From assembly GCA_964016885.1 (NCBI GenBank), contig OZ024740.1:167400001-167464000 (forward strand): DNA of 64,000 bases. The letters run 5' to 3'. Below are positions 37,951-50,970 of the stretch, piece by piece. The notes under the pieces were generated by a model that was not told where the DNA came from, made no database searches, and was given only the letters and a program-made list of their open reading frames with translations. The stretch comes from Eledone cirrhosa. Lineage: Eukaryota. The first letter of the stretch is position 1. Every line of letters starts with the position of its first letter. Both the position numbers and the translations under genes were made by a program.

Positions 37951-39058
37951 ATAGCAGCAGAACCCGCGTTGCACGGGGTAGGACACGTGAAATAGCAACA
38001 CGCTTATGCAAAGATTGAGGAATGTAGCTGTCTACTTTTTGAATTCCCTTATCTCAGGGAATGATTGTTCATCTACTGGAAACGTAGAACACCAGCAGGC
38101 CGAATCCAGTAGTAGCAGTGTCAGTGGGCTGATTGCGGAAGTCCTGTATGCGAAAGGAGTAAGTAAGTGTTGTGGGACGATGTATGTCGTACGTCTGTTC
38201 ACGTATTACGTCACGGATGGGCAACACACGTCAGTCTGAAGTAGTGACATAGTCAATTGTGTGAAAACCAAGTAGGGATGTACGTTTAAGTAGGGATATT
38301 GAGATGACGAAATCAGCGTGGGAACGCAGCTGCAGCAGAAGGGGGTCATAGTGCAATTAGTACAAACGCTGGGCGGCACTGGTTGCACTGCGTTTACACA
38401 GTAAGAATGGTGCGACAACCGCTGTTCGGCGTACTTGCGCAGGGCGTTCATACTGCCATGTAGGTGCAACAAAAGGGGTCTTATAAGAAGTAGCACAGAC
38501 GTGAGTTTTACGGTGTCAATAACACGACAACGTACACAGGGCCCGGATTTACGCGTGATGAAAGCACGAAGCGTCAACACGGCGCCGACAAAGATTCTAA
38601 GGTCCTCCTAATTTCCTCAATCCCCCGAAAATGGTTCTGCTTAAAAGTAAGTAAGTGCTGTGTCCTCGGTAAAATAAACCACATTTTTAACGAAATATTA
38701 CTTACAATGTTTAAGTAGCGTTTATATTGAAAATGAAAATGGCATGTAATGCTCAATGCCAATTTGTAAATTTCCTAGAAACCATTAATGGAATCGGAAA
38801 TTTTTTGTCCACGGCATGCGAGGGGACGAACTAATGTGTGCTGCAAATTTGGTTACGCCTCAAAAAAGCCTAAAAATGCCTAAAAAATGCGCTTTCGCGT
38901 TTAATACAGAAAAAGTTAGAAGTATTTTTTAACCCATTGCACTTCAAGAAATATAAATAACGCATGTGTAAAGCTTAAAAAAAATCGGTCGGGTACTTCT
39001 CGAGTTTTAGGGATTTACACAGACATACAGAGAGACATCCTCTGTTTTATATAGATAT
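37951..39058 (+). mobile_element. Non-autonomous Helitron/Helentron-like element
   Basis: 5' tagcagcagaacccgcgttgcacggg; 3' aaaatcggtc...cagacatacagagagacatcctctgttttatatagat; inserted in TA tracts. Class assigned from recalled terminal patterns. Confidence 0.6.
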
Positions 39059-39075
39059 ATATATACACAGATACA

Positions 39076-39113
<38 letters not shown>

Positions 39114-39214
39114 ACCAAAGATTAATATGGTTTGTTGATTACTCAACGAATACAATATTACAATAGATTGGAAACACTCAACAGTTGATTTTCCTGGAGT
39201 TTTTAATATTATTC

Positions 39215-39426
39215 AAAATGTTAATAAATGAAAAATATTCTCATAATCAAAATATATATTTTATTATACATATTTCAAAGTTACAATGGTGTTTTTAAGT
39301 ACGTTTTCATCAGACAAAATATTTTGTCTGATGAAAACATACTTAAAAACACTATTGTATCTTTGAAATATGTATAATAAAATATATATTTTGATTATGA
39401 GAATACTTTTCATTTATTAACATTTT
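39215..39426. repeat. Loopless palindrome with ~105-bp arms
   Basis: Axis at 39320/39321 (tcatcagacaaaat|attttgtctgatga). Confidence 0.92.
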
Positions 39427-39432
39427 TAATAC

Positions 39433-39483
<51 letters not shown>

Positions 39484-41643
39484 CTCGACCCTATGCTTAG
39501 TTGTTACATTTGTTTTGTTTTGTTTTTTTTCTTAATTTTTATTCTTTTCTATGACCACTGATATTTTCTTTGAAAGCAACATTTTTATGTTAACCCTTAA
39601 ACCACTACCGTAGACCCTCGACGGACCCTCTTCCACCAGGCAAGCTGGTGAGTCCGCCACAATATATATATATATATATATATATGGGGGGGGGGGGTAC
39701 AAACAAGAAGAATAAATGAATTAATAAAGGCGGAAGGAAACAGATTCAATTCCAATGCTTTTCTATGTAATAAACTTTTGTAGGGTTATTTATGTACATG
39801 TTCATGTGTGTTTGAGTGAATTTACATTTCTAGTCTTCCCTAATTAACTGTAGGTGTGTAAGTGTGTATATACATATTTGCTGGTCTATGCGTTTGTGTC
39901 AGAAGAATATTATTTTGCATTATCTTGTGTTAGCAATAAATCTTGATTGTCATCATGTGTGTTCTAACTAATCAAGTTGTTTGTTTCTTTCCTCTCGCTT
40001 AGTGTTATTTATATTTCTTTTTTCATCATGTAATGATGTTTTATTTTTAATGTAAACTACTTAGAATTGTACTGGCCTCTCTAATTTACCATACATATTC
40101 GATTCAAAGTTCATTCATTTCGTTCCATTCACTCTTCTATATAATACAATATATAAAATTTTAACTATTGGTGCTGATCCAACGACGTCATAAAAGTTAT
40201 CGCATCTCTTTTATGTTTTCATTTATTTTTGTGTATTTATATATGAGGTTGTTTAATATAGTGTTGGTTTCTTTCTTAAAGCGTTGAGTTTACTTTGCAC
40301 CGCTACACATGGATATCATGCACAGGTATTTTAGTGAATCGAAAATGGATTCGTAATAATGTTAGTTCTTCACCGAATATTTCAAGATTTCCCTCTTTTC
40401 AGGAACTCACTACTCGAAGTTGTCTTTGTCGTTGTTGATATTGTTACTACGTTGTTATTGTTAATTATTATTGGTGGTGGTTCTGGTAATGGTGTTGTTG
40501 TTGATCCCCAGATTGTGACTGACCAATTAGCCTATGATTATAGGCTTTCTAGTTTTCACTATAATGTCTGTGTATTTCCAATCTGCACCTCGAGATTTAA
40601 GACAAGGGTTTGCTTTGGAGGAATTTGGATATATATCTAGCAGATAGAAAGACAAGATTGTATTTTTCCCTTCACTGTATTAATGGCGGACAAAATTCAC
40701 AATATTCTTAAATCTCTTAAAGATATGTTTTGAACTAAACATCTTACAAATTTCGAATGATGTCATATCGCAAGAAACAAAGCTATGTAACGATAATCGG
40801 CTCTTTACCTTGAAAACTAATTGGTTTGAAGAAGACTAGATTAGAATGAGGATACATTAGAATGAAATTAATGCACAGAAAATCAAAAGCTGAACGATAT
40901 TGGAGTGAAGAACTCTAAAGTGAAGATAATATATACGTTGAGCCTCTACAGGGTTGTTAGACCTACTAGACATAACAGTCAAATTTCTCGTGAATTGCAC
41001 CCAACTCTCTAAGAAAATATAGGACAAATATAGGTGATATATGATGTCTGAAAAGTAGAGGGATGGATGCAGCTTCAACGCCAATGATTATATAATTTTC
41101 AAGCAAATATGATTCTGTGCTTAACAATAACCACAATAGTATTTTCTTATTCAAGAATTTCATAATGTTTGCTTTATGTTAGTTTAGACAAAAATGCTCC
41201 CAAAATAAGTATATCTTTGTGACGTAGCTTCCGAGGGCATTAATTAACACTGAACACGTTGTCGACAATTTTGTCAAATAGAAACCCGAGCATATTAGAA
41301 ACCACACCAAATAATATGTGTTATAAAGATATATTGAAATATATAACCAACTTTCAAATAACTAATTAAATGCCGCTTGCTATGTGTGAATAATAAATAA
41401 TTAATTACTGTTTTGTTGCAATTCTGAATTTGTAAATTAGAAGTGTTAGCATGAAATATTAAAAAATAAGATGAACCTGAAATATAAGAAGAAATTAATT
41501 TCTCTCAAACGTAGCAGTTCCATTTAAAAATGTAAATGTAAATATACTTTGAACCAGGGAAACCTTGATATATTGTGTTTACACATTCTGAGATAAATAC
41601 TTAAATAACATGCATTTGAGTATGCACGTGTGCGTGCGTTTGC

Positions 41644-41675
<32 letters not shown>

Positions 41676-41724
41676 ATGTGTGGGTGTGTATGTATATAAA
41701 CACACACACACACACGCACGCACG

Positions 41725-41773
<49 letters not shown>

Positions 41774-42134
41774 CCAAAAGAAATAAATTGGAGTCATTTA
41801 AGAGTATTTGTTTACTTTACCAGTTCTTACGATTTTCGAAAGTAAGGTTGAAATGGAAGGGTTAGGTTTATGTTGTGTTTTGTCTCATGCTTTTTTAAGG
41901 GCATTGTTTGAAAGAGATATTTGCAGTTAGTTTTAACCAGTTAAAATATTCTATAGAACCTAACTCATTGGTTCATCTTCATTTATTGTTGTTATTATCT
42001 TGTTTAGTTTTTGTTTAGATTTGCTTTTAATTTTTTTTCCTTTGTCATTGTTTTTTATACTGATATAGTATTATATATTTCGTTTCTGAATTTGTTTAGC
42101 AAGATTTTTTATCTGAAAACGTGTGTTGAAACCG

Positions 42135-43047
42135 ATATTGTTATACTTTGGGAGGGTCATGTTGCCAATAAGAAACACACGCACCAGTTGCTTTCACTTC
42201 AATTTATTATAATAAATTTATGAATTTAGGAATTTATAAATTTCCGGTTGGTTGGTTGGTTCCACAACCAGATGGTTGTTTATATATTGTCAAAGTTCTT
42301 TTGTCACACATTCTGTGACCTCTTCAGTGACTGGGGATTCTTTTCTTTGTTTTTGTGCCTCTCCTTTGTTCTGTCCTACGCCATCTTGTTGTGTGCTCAG
42401 TCTGCGCATGCGCCACATCCGGGTGTCTGTGTGTGTTTATATTCGTTTATTTATTTGTTTATTTACATGTTACTGGTTGGTTGTTTGTTCTATGTGCGTG
42501 TGTGTGTTTTCATTTTGTCCTTAATTGTAAGTTGTGATGTTGCTGTTCCACTCATATTTTCTATTTAATTTTGGTTGTAATTTTTTTATGTTTATTGCCT
42601 CTGTGATTTGTCTAAACATTGCGTCTTTTCTGTGTGTAGATTCTATTTTTATTTCTATGTTCTCTAATTTACCCTTATGTTCTATTTTAGCATGTTGGTA
42701 GAGTACAGATGATTCTTTACTATCTTGAAGGTCTCGCCAGTGTTCATGTATCCGTTCCCCTACACTACGAGCTGTCTCACCTATGTACACTATATTTTTA
42801 TCTCTACATTGTCCTTCAGTACATCTTATGCTATATACTACATTTCTAGTTTTACAGTTAATATGGGGGCTTAATTTACAGGTTATATATTTCTTATCTA
42901 TACAGGGGGGTCTTTGAAAAGGGTATCTCTTGCTAATAAGTGTTTTTATGGAGGTACCTGGTCTTTCTACTATCTTAATATTGAGTTTATGTTTATCTAG
43001 GGCCCTTCTAAATTTGTAAGCTAATTCGCCTCTAGGGGTTGTATCAT
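42135..43047 (-). mobile_element. 5'-truncated Penelope-like element: GIY-YIG endonuclease (CCHH type), hammerhead and terminus
   Basis: Open frame from about 43047 to 42521: ...CKTRNVVYSIRCTEGQC...VYIGETARSVGERIHEH...LYQHAKIEH...RQITEAINI...LNRKYEW; then HHR and terminal atgaccctcccaaagtataacaat. Confidence 0.9.
42289..42331 (-). ncRNA. Type I hammerhead motif with G12A mutation
   Basis: gtca CTGAAGA ggtcac-agaatgt-gtgac aAAA gaac TT tgac; 4-bp stem I intact. Confidence 0.7.
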
Positions 43048-45534
43048 ATAGTTAGATGGAATATTGAAAGTTGATAACCTTCAGATACTGTATTATCACT
43101 CGCTAGTACTTTACAGTCTTACGTGGTTCCATCTAATGTTTCCCTTTTCAACAAGAATAATGCTTTCTGCCTGCAAGACCTTATAGTCTAATATTCAAAG
43201 ATTTCAATATTCCAATGTCAGTTGTTTGTGTGTAGACATACAAGTTTCTTAGGCTTGCTAATGTAAACTGTCGTCTCCTTATCTGTTGAAGAGGGTAGAA
43301 GTTTGCTAAGTTTGTTTTTTATATCCTTATTTTTATCATAGGTGTTTAATAAGGAATCCATTATAACTGTGTTTCATGTAGTTATTTATTCATTCTATAT
43401 CGCAATTTATTAACAATGGGCTTGGTGGGTATAGTTCTCTCACTGGTCAATCAATGTTTCACTACATATTTGACGGCCAGAGTGTAACGTAAGTGACTGG
43501 AAATCCATGTAGAAAAATACTGTAAGGGGCTTCTTGCGTAGAGAACGGATTTAGAGCCGATGCATACATCATTTGTCGACATTTATTAGCCTAATATATG
43601 TGCATACCAATATACGTGTATGGTTGACATCCGTCAATATACGTGTATGGTTAACTCGTTTGTTAACCTAAATCTATTAACTAAACGTTGCTCAATCGAA
43701 GAATATGTTAATTGGGATTTATAAAGATTTATAAATTGTTCACTGTCATTATAGACATAAGGATATTCTCGGCTTGGATGCTTTTAATCAAAATTATGAA
43801 ATCTATTATAACCGTTTATTTTAGTATGAAGTGTACGTTACTGAAGCATATATTTTATTAGAAGTATCCACGTCGTGATCACACTGTTGTCATAAATATT
43901 TACTTATTTCAATTATCTCATCAACACCGGAAGCATAAATTGCAAATTCTAGCTGGGCAGGACATCAAACAAAACGTATATGAAACTAACTAAACATCAT
44001 GGACCATTTACTTCCTCCCTCTCCAATTAGAGCGACTCACCGCTTTTTATATAATTAAAAAGAATGAAAGAAGGGTTGATCTAAGTAATTTGCAATCGAA
44101 ACTGGTAAACTATAAATTTGGAATTATTTTGTTCGTGTTTTGTATATCATATTAGTATTTCTAGTTTAACATCGGCGATTATAAATCGACTAAATGGAAT
44201 GTGTTATTTTACGTATCTGGAATGAATTCGATGCCAGCAAAATCTTAACAGATTATTTCGCGGAAGTTGGTGAAATTTATTTTATATAGGTTTCAAATAG
44301 CACTAGTCTTTTAATTTTAGCCAATTGAAAATATATTTCTAAAATAATATTGTTTTATTTTATTCACACTCTGTACAAGAATGACAATAGCCAATCTAAT
44401 CGATAACTATGCATTAACTTTATTGACCCCGAAGGGGTGATGAACAACTCGACCCTCAGTAACTCTTTGAAACAAATCCTAGCTAAAGAAAATATATACT
44501 GGCATGCATTTACTTTGCCATTCTAGTTCTAACTTTCTCCATCATTATCTAAAGAAATAAGACTAAATGATATTACTACGAAATAACAGTAGCGTAACTG
44601 AAACATGTTTTGTATGATAATATATAGAACATCGTGGTGTTCCTTTATACCTCGTTGTTTTATGGTGATATCTGAATTTAGTTTATATTAGCTTTCATCC
44701 TTCAAGGGCAAAGTTAAAATAAGATGTAAATTACATAGACACACACCATATACCTCCCTTGGACCTATATGAAAAATTCCCATTGTAATAGAGGCTGTGT
44801 GGCAAAATAGCAAAGTACCGGTTTAAATATCTTGAGTAATTAATTTTTTTTCAGTGCGTTCAGAGCTCAAATATGTTCACTGTCGGCGTGTAAATTCATA
44901 TAACTGGGACAAACAAAATAACTAGCGAACAGAGATTCGGTTTCCTTTATTGGAAATTTGCGGTCGTTTGCCAATACAGAAAATCATTACTACTAGATGG
45001 AGCAACCACATATTCGGTTTACATTAATGTTAGAGAATCGATGTTAGATGACTTTGAAAAAAGTTATTTTGGAAAGAGTGAGCAGAAGTCAGATTTATTA
45101 GTGAATGTTTTGCAGTCTACATTCAAAATGATGTCAAGACATTATGCAAATATTAGAGAATCCTCTAACATAGAATGTGCAACGGCTGCAGGTGACATCA
45201 ATCTTTTATTCGTTTATCACTTGTCGAAATCGCGCTAGAAAAGAGTAAAAAGTTCCAATGTTCAAAACATTCAAATTCGTAGCAATCTTCTTCCTAGAAT
45301 TCTTTTTATTTATTTATTCATTTATTTATTTATTTATTTCTTTATTCATTTATTTATTTATTTGTTTATTCATTATTTATGTTTATAAGTATTTAGTAGT
45401 AATTCTTTTAGTTTTAGAATTTTTTTTTTTTTCATGTATTTGCATAAAAATTGTAATTTTGAAATAATAAATAGGCAAATATGAATTCAATGTTGCTTTT
45501 AATTATCGTGTTATTATTGCTAGTAGCATTGCTA

Positions 45535-45722
45535 GGCGGAGGAATGGCAGTATCGGTAGAGGGTCGGACGCCATGCTTTGAAGCATAGAGTTACCTCCCT
45601 ATATGATCTGAGTTCAAATCCCGCCGAGGTTAAATTTGCCTTTCATCCTTACGCGGTCGATAAAATAAAGTACCAGTAATGCACTGGATAATTGCTGGCC
45701 TTGTGCCTAAAGTAGAAACAAA
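45535..45722 (+). mobile_element. SINE family 1
   Basis: Near-consensus copy. Confidence 0.92.
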
Positions 45723-46100
45723 TAATAGTAATAGTAGTAGTTTTAAAATCTCTATTTTTTTTTTTTTTTTTTTTGAAGCAAGTTCTGGAGTCGTGTCGTA
45801 AACATAGATTACTCTAAGGAAAGCGGATACAAAGTAGAATTTTATTGTTTATGTCGAACGATTTCATGAAACGAATATACGGAAAGTGTAGACAAACATG
45901 TAACAAAATAACAAATCAATCACTGAGGAGGTCACAGGAGGTCCCAAGGCTCTGATACCATCAACACCATAAACACAGAGCTGGCATATCTAGGAACTGA
46001 CTAACTGCCTAATGAGGTCATAGCCATTCAATGGCTATCATCGAAATATATATAGCAGTAAATAAAGGATTATGAGTTCATGCAATTGACTTATGTTTCG

Positions 46101-46160
<60 letters not shown>

Positions 46161-46338
46161 CAAGTATTGCACCAAGAAAAATAAAACATCCGCGGGTAGA
46201 GATTATGAATTTATTTGCTTTGACATATGTTTCACTGTGTATCATCAATTGTCTCCATATGCTGACTACAATATATATTGTTCAATTATATGCAATACTC
46301 AATTATTTATTACACTTCAACAGAAAGCCTATAATAAT

Positions 46339-46516
46339 TGTTTCTACTTTTGGCACAAGGCCAGCAATTATGCCAGTGAATTACTGGTACTTTATTTTAT
46401 CGATATAGATGAAAGGAAAAGTTAACCTCGGCGGGATTTCAACTCAGACTGCAAAGGGCTGTAACCTTTGCTGAAAGCATGGCGTCCGACCCTCTACCGA
46501 TACTGCCAATCCACCG
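46339..46516 (-). mobile_element. SINE family 1
   Basis: Reverse copy; TSD acagaaagcc(t/g)ataataat at 46320-46338 and 46517-46535. Confidence 0.9.
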
Positions 46517-46820
46517 ACAGAAAGCCGATAATAATGGAATTCAGTTTATCACTACGAAGTAAAATTCTGTAATGAGGTTTTCGTTTAATACAAAATAAAT
46601 AAGTTAAAAATAGCATGAGATACAGTAGGTGAGTGTGATAGTAGAGAGGAGAGGGGGTGGGGTAAATAGTTTCACACTAGCAGTCCTTGCCCTGTGATGT
46701 GGAACAATTATTCTTTGACCATTGGTATAGGTGAAGGTTTTGATGTAGAGAAGGTATAAGGAGAGGGACAGAGAAAGACGAGGTAGTAATTAAGAGTAGC
46801 CTATAGTGGGTATACATATA

Positions 46821-46904
<84 letters not shown>

Positions 46905-46908
<4 letters not shown>

Positions 46909-48270
46909 GGTTGTAACACCCGCGTCCCGTAGGGCTTACATAGGGTTAACTGCCAATAGCTTCAAGCAGCGTCTTTACATGCTTACCCATTCTTTTCGTT
47001 ACCATCTAAGAAGGAATATGACGTCACTTTCAGCTTATATCTGTAGTCTAAAAGACAACCACACCCAATACAAGTTACACTGGGAGATCCTAGCTAGGGC
47101 TAGATCGTATAACGGAAATAAAAGACCATGTGACCTCTGCACCGCTGAGGCCCTGGAAATACTCTACGCCACAGACCACATCTTAAACAAACAATCTGAG
47201 CCAATTTCGGCTTGTAAACATAAATTGCACAAAACTTTCCTGTATTACAGCCCCACGTTATACCCTAACGGATAGTACGATCTATACGTGGATATTTTCC
47301 GTCTTGATATGGTAGCTAAGTATATGTTTTTTTTATACCATTACTTATTTGCATAGGTAAGTATTTATTACCTGTATGTTTTGTGAATGTACCTATACTT
47401 TCTCGTACGTATAATTGATTGTACATGTTATGGCGTATAATTTAATATATTCTGGTACATATGGTTTGGTTATGTGTATACGGGAGTTTTGCGTCTGTGT
47501 GAGTATGGAGGTTCTTACGTATGTAGGGTGTGTGTATATGTGTACTTCTTGTATTGGTTGGCGTACGTTTCCGAACATTTGTGTATTTACATGTAGGTAT
47601 GTGTGTGCGCTTGATATATACGTATTTATTTATTTATATACGTTTATTTAATTATTTATTTATTTGTATACACGCACACACACACACACATATTTATATG
47701 TGCGTGGTTTTGTATACCTATGGCAAGTGTTTTCGCGTATGCTTGTCTGTGCACGTATTTGCATGCGTGTATGTATTTATTTAATTTCTATTTTATTTAC
47801 TTTATTCTTAACTCTGAAGCGGAGATTCATTCGGTTTCCTAGTTAGAATTTTAGTCTACGACTTCAGCTATACAATTTACGTGGTTTTGTCTTTGCGTGG
47901 AATTGTTCTCCACGCTCCACATATGACGTATTATCTTCGTTTTTTCCGTTGATTGCCAGAGAACGTCTCTATGAACCACCTAAAAGAACATTAGTCTACG
48001 ACTTCTTTTATACCATAAACGTGGTTCTGTCTTTGCGCGTAATTGTTTTTCACCGCTCCTATTAATGACGTACTATATTCGTTTTTCCCGTTCTTTGCCA
48101 GGGAACGTTTCCAGGAACCAAAGTATCGTCTTCCTGTCTTCCTCCGGTTGCAACGTTTTTTGAAATATCCAGTTCTGCGTTTATAGATTGACTTTGTTAG
48201 TTTCAGAAGATCCCGTTAAGAGTGAAAGCTGCGATTATTTGCTTAAACTTTAATCTGTTATTTTAATAAA
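46905..48270 (+). mobile_element. 5'-truncated Penelope-like element (GIY-YIG C-terminus plus long 3' region)
   Basis: AYIGLTANSFKQR...TSLSAYICSLK...WEILARARSYNGNKRPCDLCTAE...LNKQSEPISACKH (46911-47275); ~140-bp tandem duplication at 47851-48119; both ends in (TA)n. Confidence 0.85.
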
Positions 48271-48358
48271 TATATATATATATATATATATTAGAAAGTG
48301 AGGTTTTTTTTACAAAATGAAAAATAACCGAGGTGTCCTACACTAGTGGAAGTAAAAA

Positions 48359-49205
48359 AGAAAAAGGGATGAAATCGAAAATGCAACTGAAGTCTTATTT
48401 TTTTTTAAAATATATATATTTATTTGGTTCCTTTACCGGTTTCGCAGTTCTTCTGCTTTTCAAAAGGTGAGTTGAGATGGAGGGTCTGTGGTTTTTCTCA
48501 CATCTGGTTGGTCTCTAAATGTTACTTGTTTTATATGGAAAAAGTGGCTCGAAAACCAGGTTTTTCGAGAAGTAATTTGATTGGTTTGTCAATAATTATA
48601 ATAAATTTCGCGCCAGTTCGCGTTACAATAGTTCTTCAAATAAGAGAGGGGGGGTTTGTCACAGGTTGTTTTTTCATATATGAGTGTTTGAATTTCTTTT
48701 TACTTGAAAAAAAGAGGCTCACGAAGGCTTTTTTTTGGTTGGTTATAAATGAAATTTGGCTGTCACGTGAACAAGTTTTCATTACATTTTTGCGCGAAAT
48801 TTATTATAATTATTGACAAACCAATCAAATTACTTCTCGAAAAACCTGGTTTTCGAGCCACTTTTGAAAAAATGAGGCTCACGAAGGCTTTTTTTTTGGT
48901 TGGTTATAAATGAAATTTGGCTGTCACGTGAACAAGTTTTCATTACATTTTTGCGCGAAATTTATTATAATTATTGACAAACCAATCAAATTACTTCTCG
49001 AAAAACCTGGTTTTCGAGCCACTTTTTCCATATAAAACAAGTAACATTTAGAGACCAACCAGATGTGAGAAAAACTACAGACCCTCCATCTCAACTCACT
49101 TTTTGAAAAGCAGAAGAACTGCGAAACCGGTAAAGGAACCAAATAAATATATATATTTTTTTAAAAAATAAGACTTCAGTTGCATTTTCGATTTCATCCC
49201 TTTTT

Positions 49206-49208
<3 letters not shown>
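48359..49208. mobile_element. PLE pseudo-LTR fold-back: ~255-bp inverted arms, internal 160-bp tandem duplication
   Basis: 48359-48612 is the reverse complement of 48953-49208; 48705-48864 is repeated at 48865-49025; hammerhead in each arm. Confidence 0.88.
49099..49136 (+). ncRNA. Minimal type I hammerhead with U3-A8 core (mirror copy at 48430-48467, minus strand)
   Basis: c(t/c)tt TTGAAAA gcag-aagaa-ctgc GAAA ccgg TA aagg; palindromic stem III ACCGGT. Confidence 0.72.
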
Positions 49209-49261
<53 letters not shown>

Positions 49262-49410
49262 CGAAGGAAATGTGGTAAGGGAACCAAGTGGACCATAACG
49301 CACCAAAGTACTCAATACTTAGGGTAGTGGAGTGGGTAAAGGGAACAAATAAGACCCCGACGGCTGAGCTCAAGCCGTCGAAACGGCTTGAGCTCACCCG
49401 TCGGGGTCTT

Positions 49411-49477
<67 letters not shown>

Positions 49478-49479
<2 letters not shown>

Positions 49480-50124
49480 TAGCCGAATTACCCGCGCCTT
49501 TCTGCGTTTCAAACATTTTTGTAGTAAAATGATGATTGATTTTAAATCACTGATATAATTTATGGAGAGAAATTCTGCATTTCAATATTACTCAATGTAA
49601 AATGTAATGCATGAAAAATGGGAAAACATTTTTTGTAATATATCAAATCAAAATCACATTATTAAATCTTATTCATATTTTGTTTCTTGGAAATAATTTT
49701 TTTCAAAATATCAATTCAAAGCTTTGTGAATAGGCATCATATCTTGTCATTTACCTATGGTTTGAATTTCATATGAATCAATGAGATAAATTTCCAGCGG
49801 TCGTTTGTGCCCCCGAGGAACCCTAATAGGGTGTGTAACCCCCATTAGGGTGTCTTAATATTATTGAAATTTGCTGCAATTTTGTGAATAGGTATCATAG
49901 CTTGTATTTACCTAAGGTTTACATTTCAAATAATTCGAAGGGAAATTTTTCATCGGGGATTTTCAGCGGGGGTTTGTGCCCCTGGGGAACCCTTTGATTC
50001 AAATGAGATATATTTATCCAAATACGCTTGGCAATACAGTTTCAGAATATATGTGATTATGTGGGTCTATCTCCAAATCCATAGGAGGAGTTCGTGAACA
50101 AACAGACAAACAAACAGACAGGAA
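49478..50124 (+). mobile_element. Non-autonomous Helitron/Helentron-like element, 3' end truncated
   Basis: 5' actagccgaattacccgcgcc; internal ~160-bp subrepeat; 3' ggaggagttcgtgaacaaacagacaaacaaacagac. Confidence 0.6.
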
Positions 50125-50853
50125 CTACAACTGCGTCTCCAAGAGACCACTGTCTGTCCTTAGGGCATCAATATATGTTAACCTATGTCTTCCATTTCCA
50201 CTGTGTCCATGCAGGGGATCCCACGGGAGTACTGAGTGCAGTGTCAACTCTGGATGTCGGTGAGCATGTCCAGCTAACCTCAATCTCCTCTGTGTCACTT
50301 TCGAGCCGACTTTTGGGAGGCTCCCGTACAGCTCTGCGTTCTTCATCCTCAGTGTATACTGATTAATGTTCAGAGCCATCCTCAGCATTCTCGTGTAGCA
50401 GCCATCCACCATCTGAGTGAGTTTCTTGGTCAGTGCCCAAGTCTCAGACCCGTACAGCAGCACAGACTCCACTACAGCAACGAAGAGATGGATCTTCAGG
50501 TCTACACGATAGTCCGACATCCACACCGATCTTAAGCTGTGGCACGCCGCCCAGGCTTTTCTCTTCCTCTCGACCACATCCCCTTCCGCATTCCCAATCT
50601 ATGCTCCCAAATACAGGAACTCGTCAACCAATTCTAGCGGTTTCCTGCCTACATTAGTAATATTCTCTGGCTTCGTAATATACTCTACCAGATACTTCGT
50701 CTTAATCTCATTCATTCTCAGCCCCACACTCATCGACACAGTCTCCATCTCCTGCATCAAATCCTCTGCCTCCTTCACTGTGTTTGTCACCAGAACTATG
50801 TTGTCGGCAAATTCAGCATCCGATATATCTTTCACCTTAACTCCCCTGCTCAT
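50125..50853 (-). mobile_element. RTE-clade LINE fragment (RT C-terminal half)
   Basis: EFADNIVL (FADD), VGLRMNEIKTK, VDEFLYLG, VESVLLYGSETWALT, RRLRLAGHAHRH, LTYIDALRTDSGL. Confidence 0.93.
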
Positions 50854-50884
50854 GTATGTATGTACGTATGTATGTAATTATGTG

Positions 50885-50964
<80 letters not shown>

Positions 50965-50970
<6 letters not shown>

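Noticed and set aside
40809-41048. Possible minus-strand exon (ttttcag ... aag|gtaaag)
   Set aside because: The longest frame stops before the donor and no protein is recognisable.
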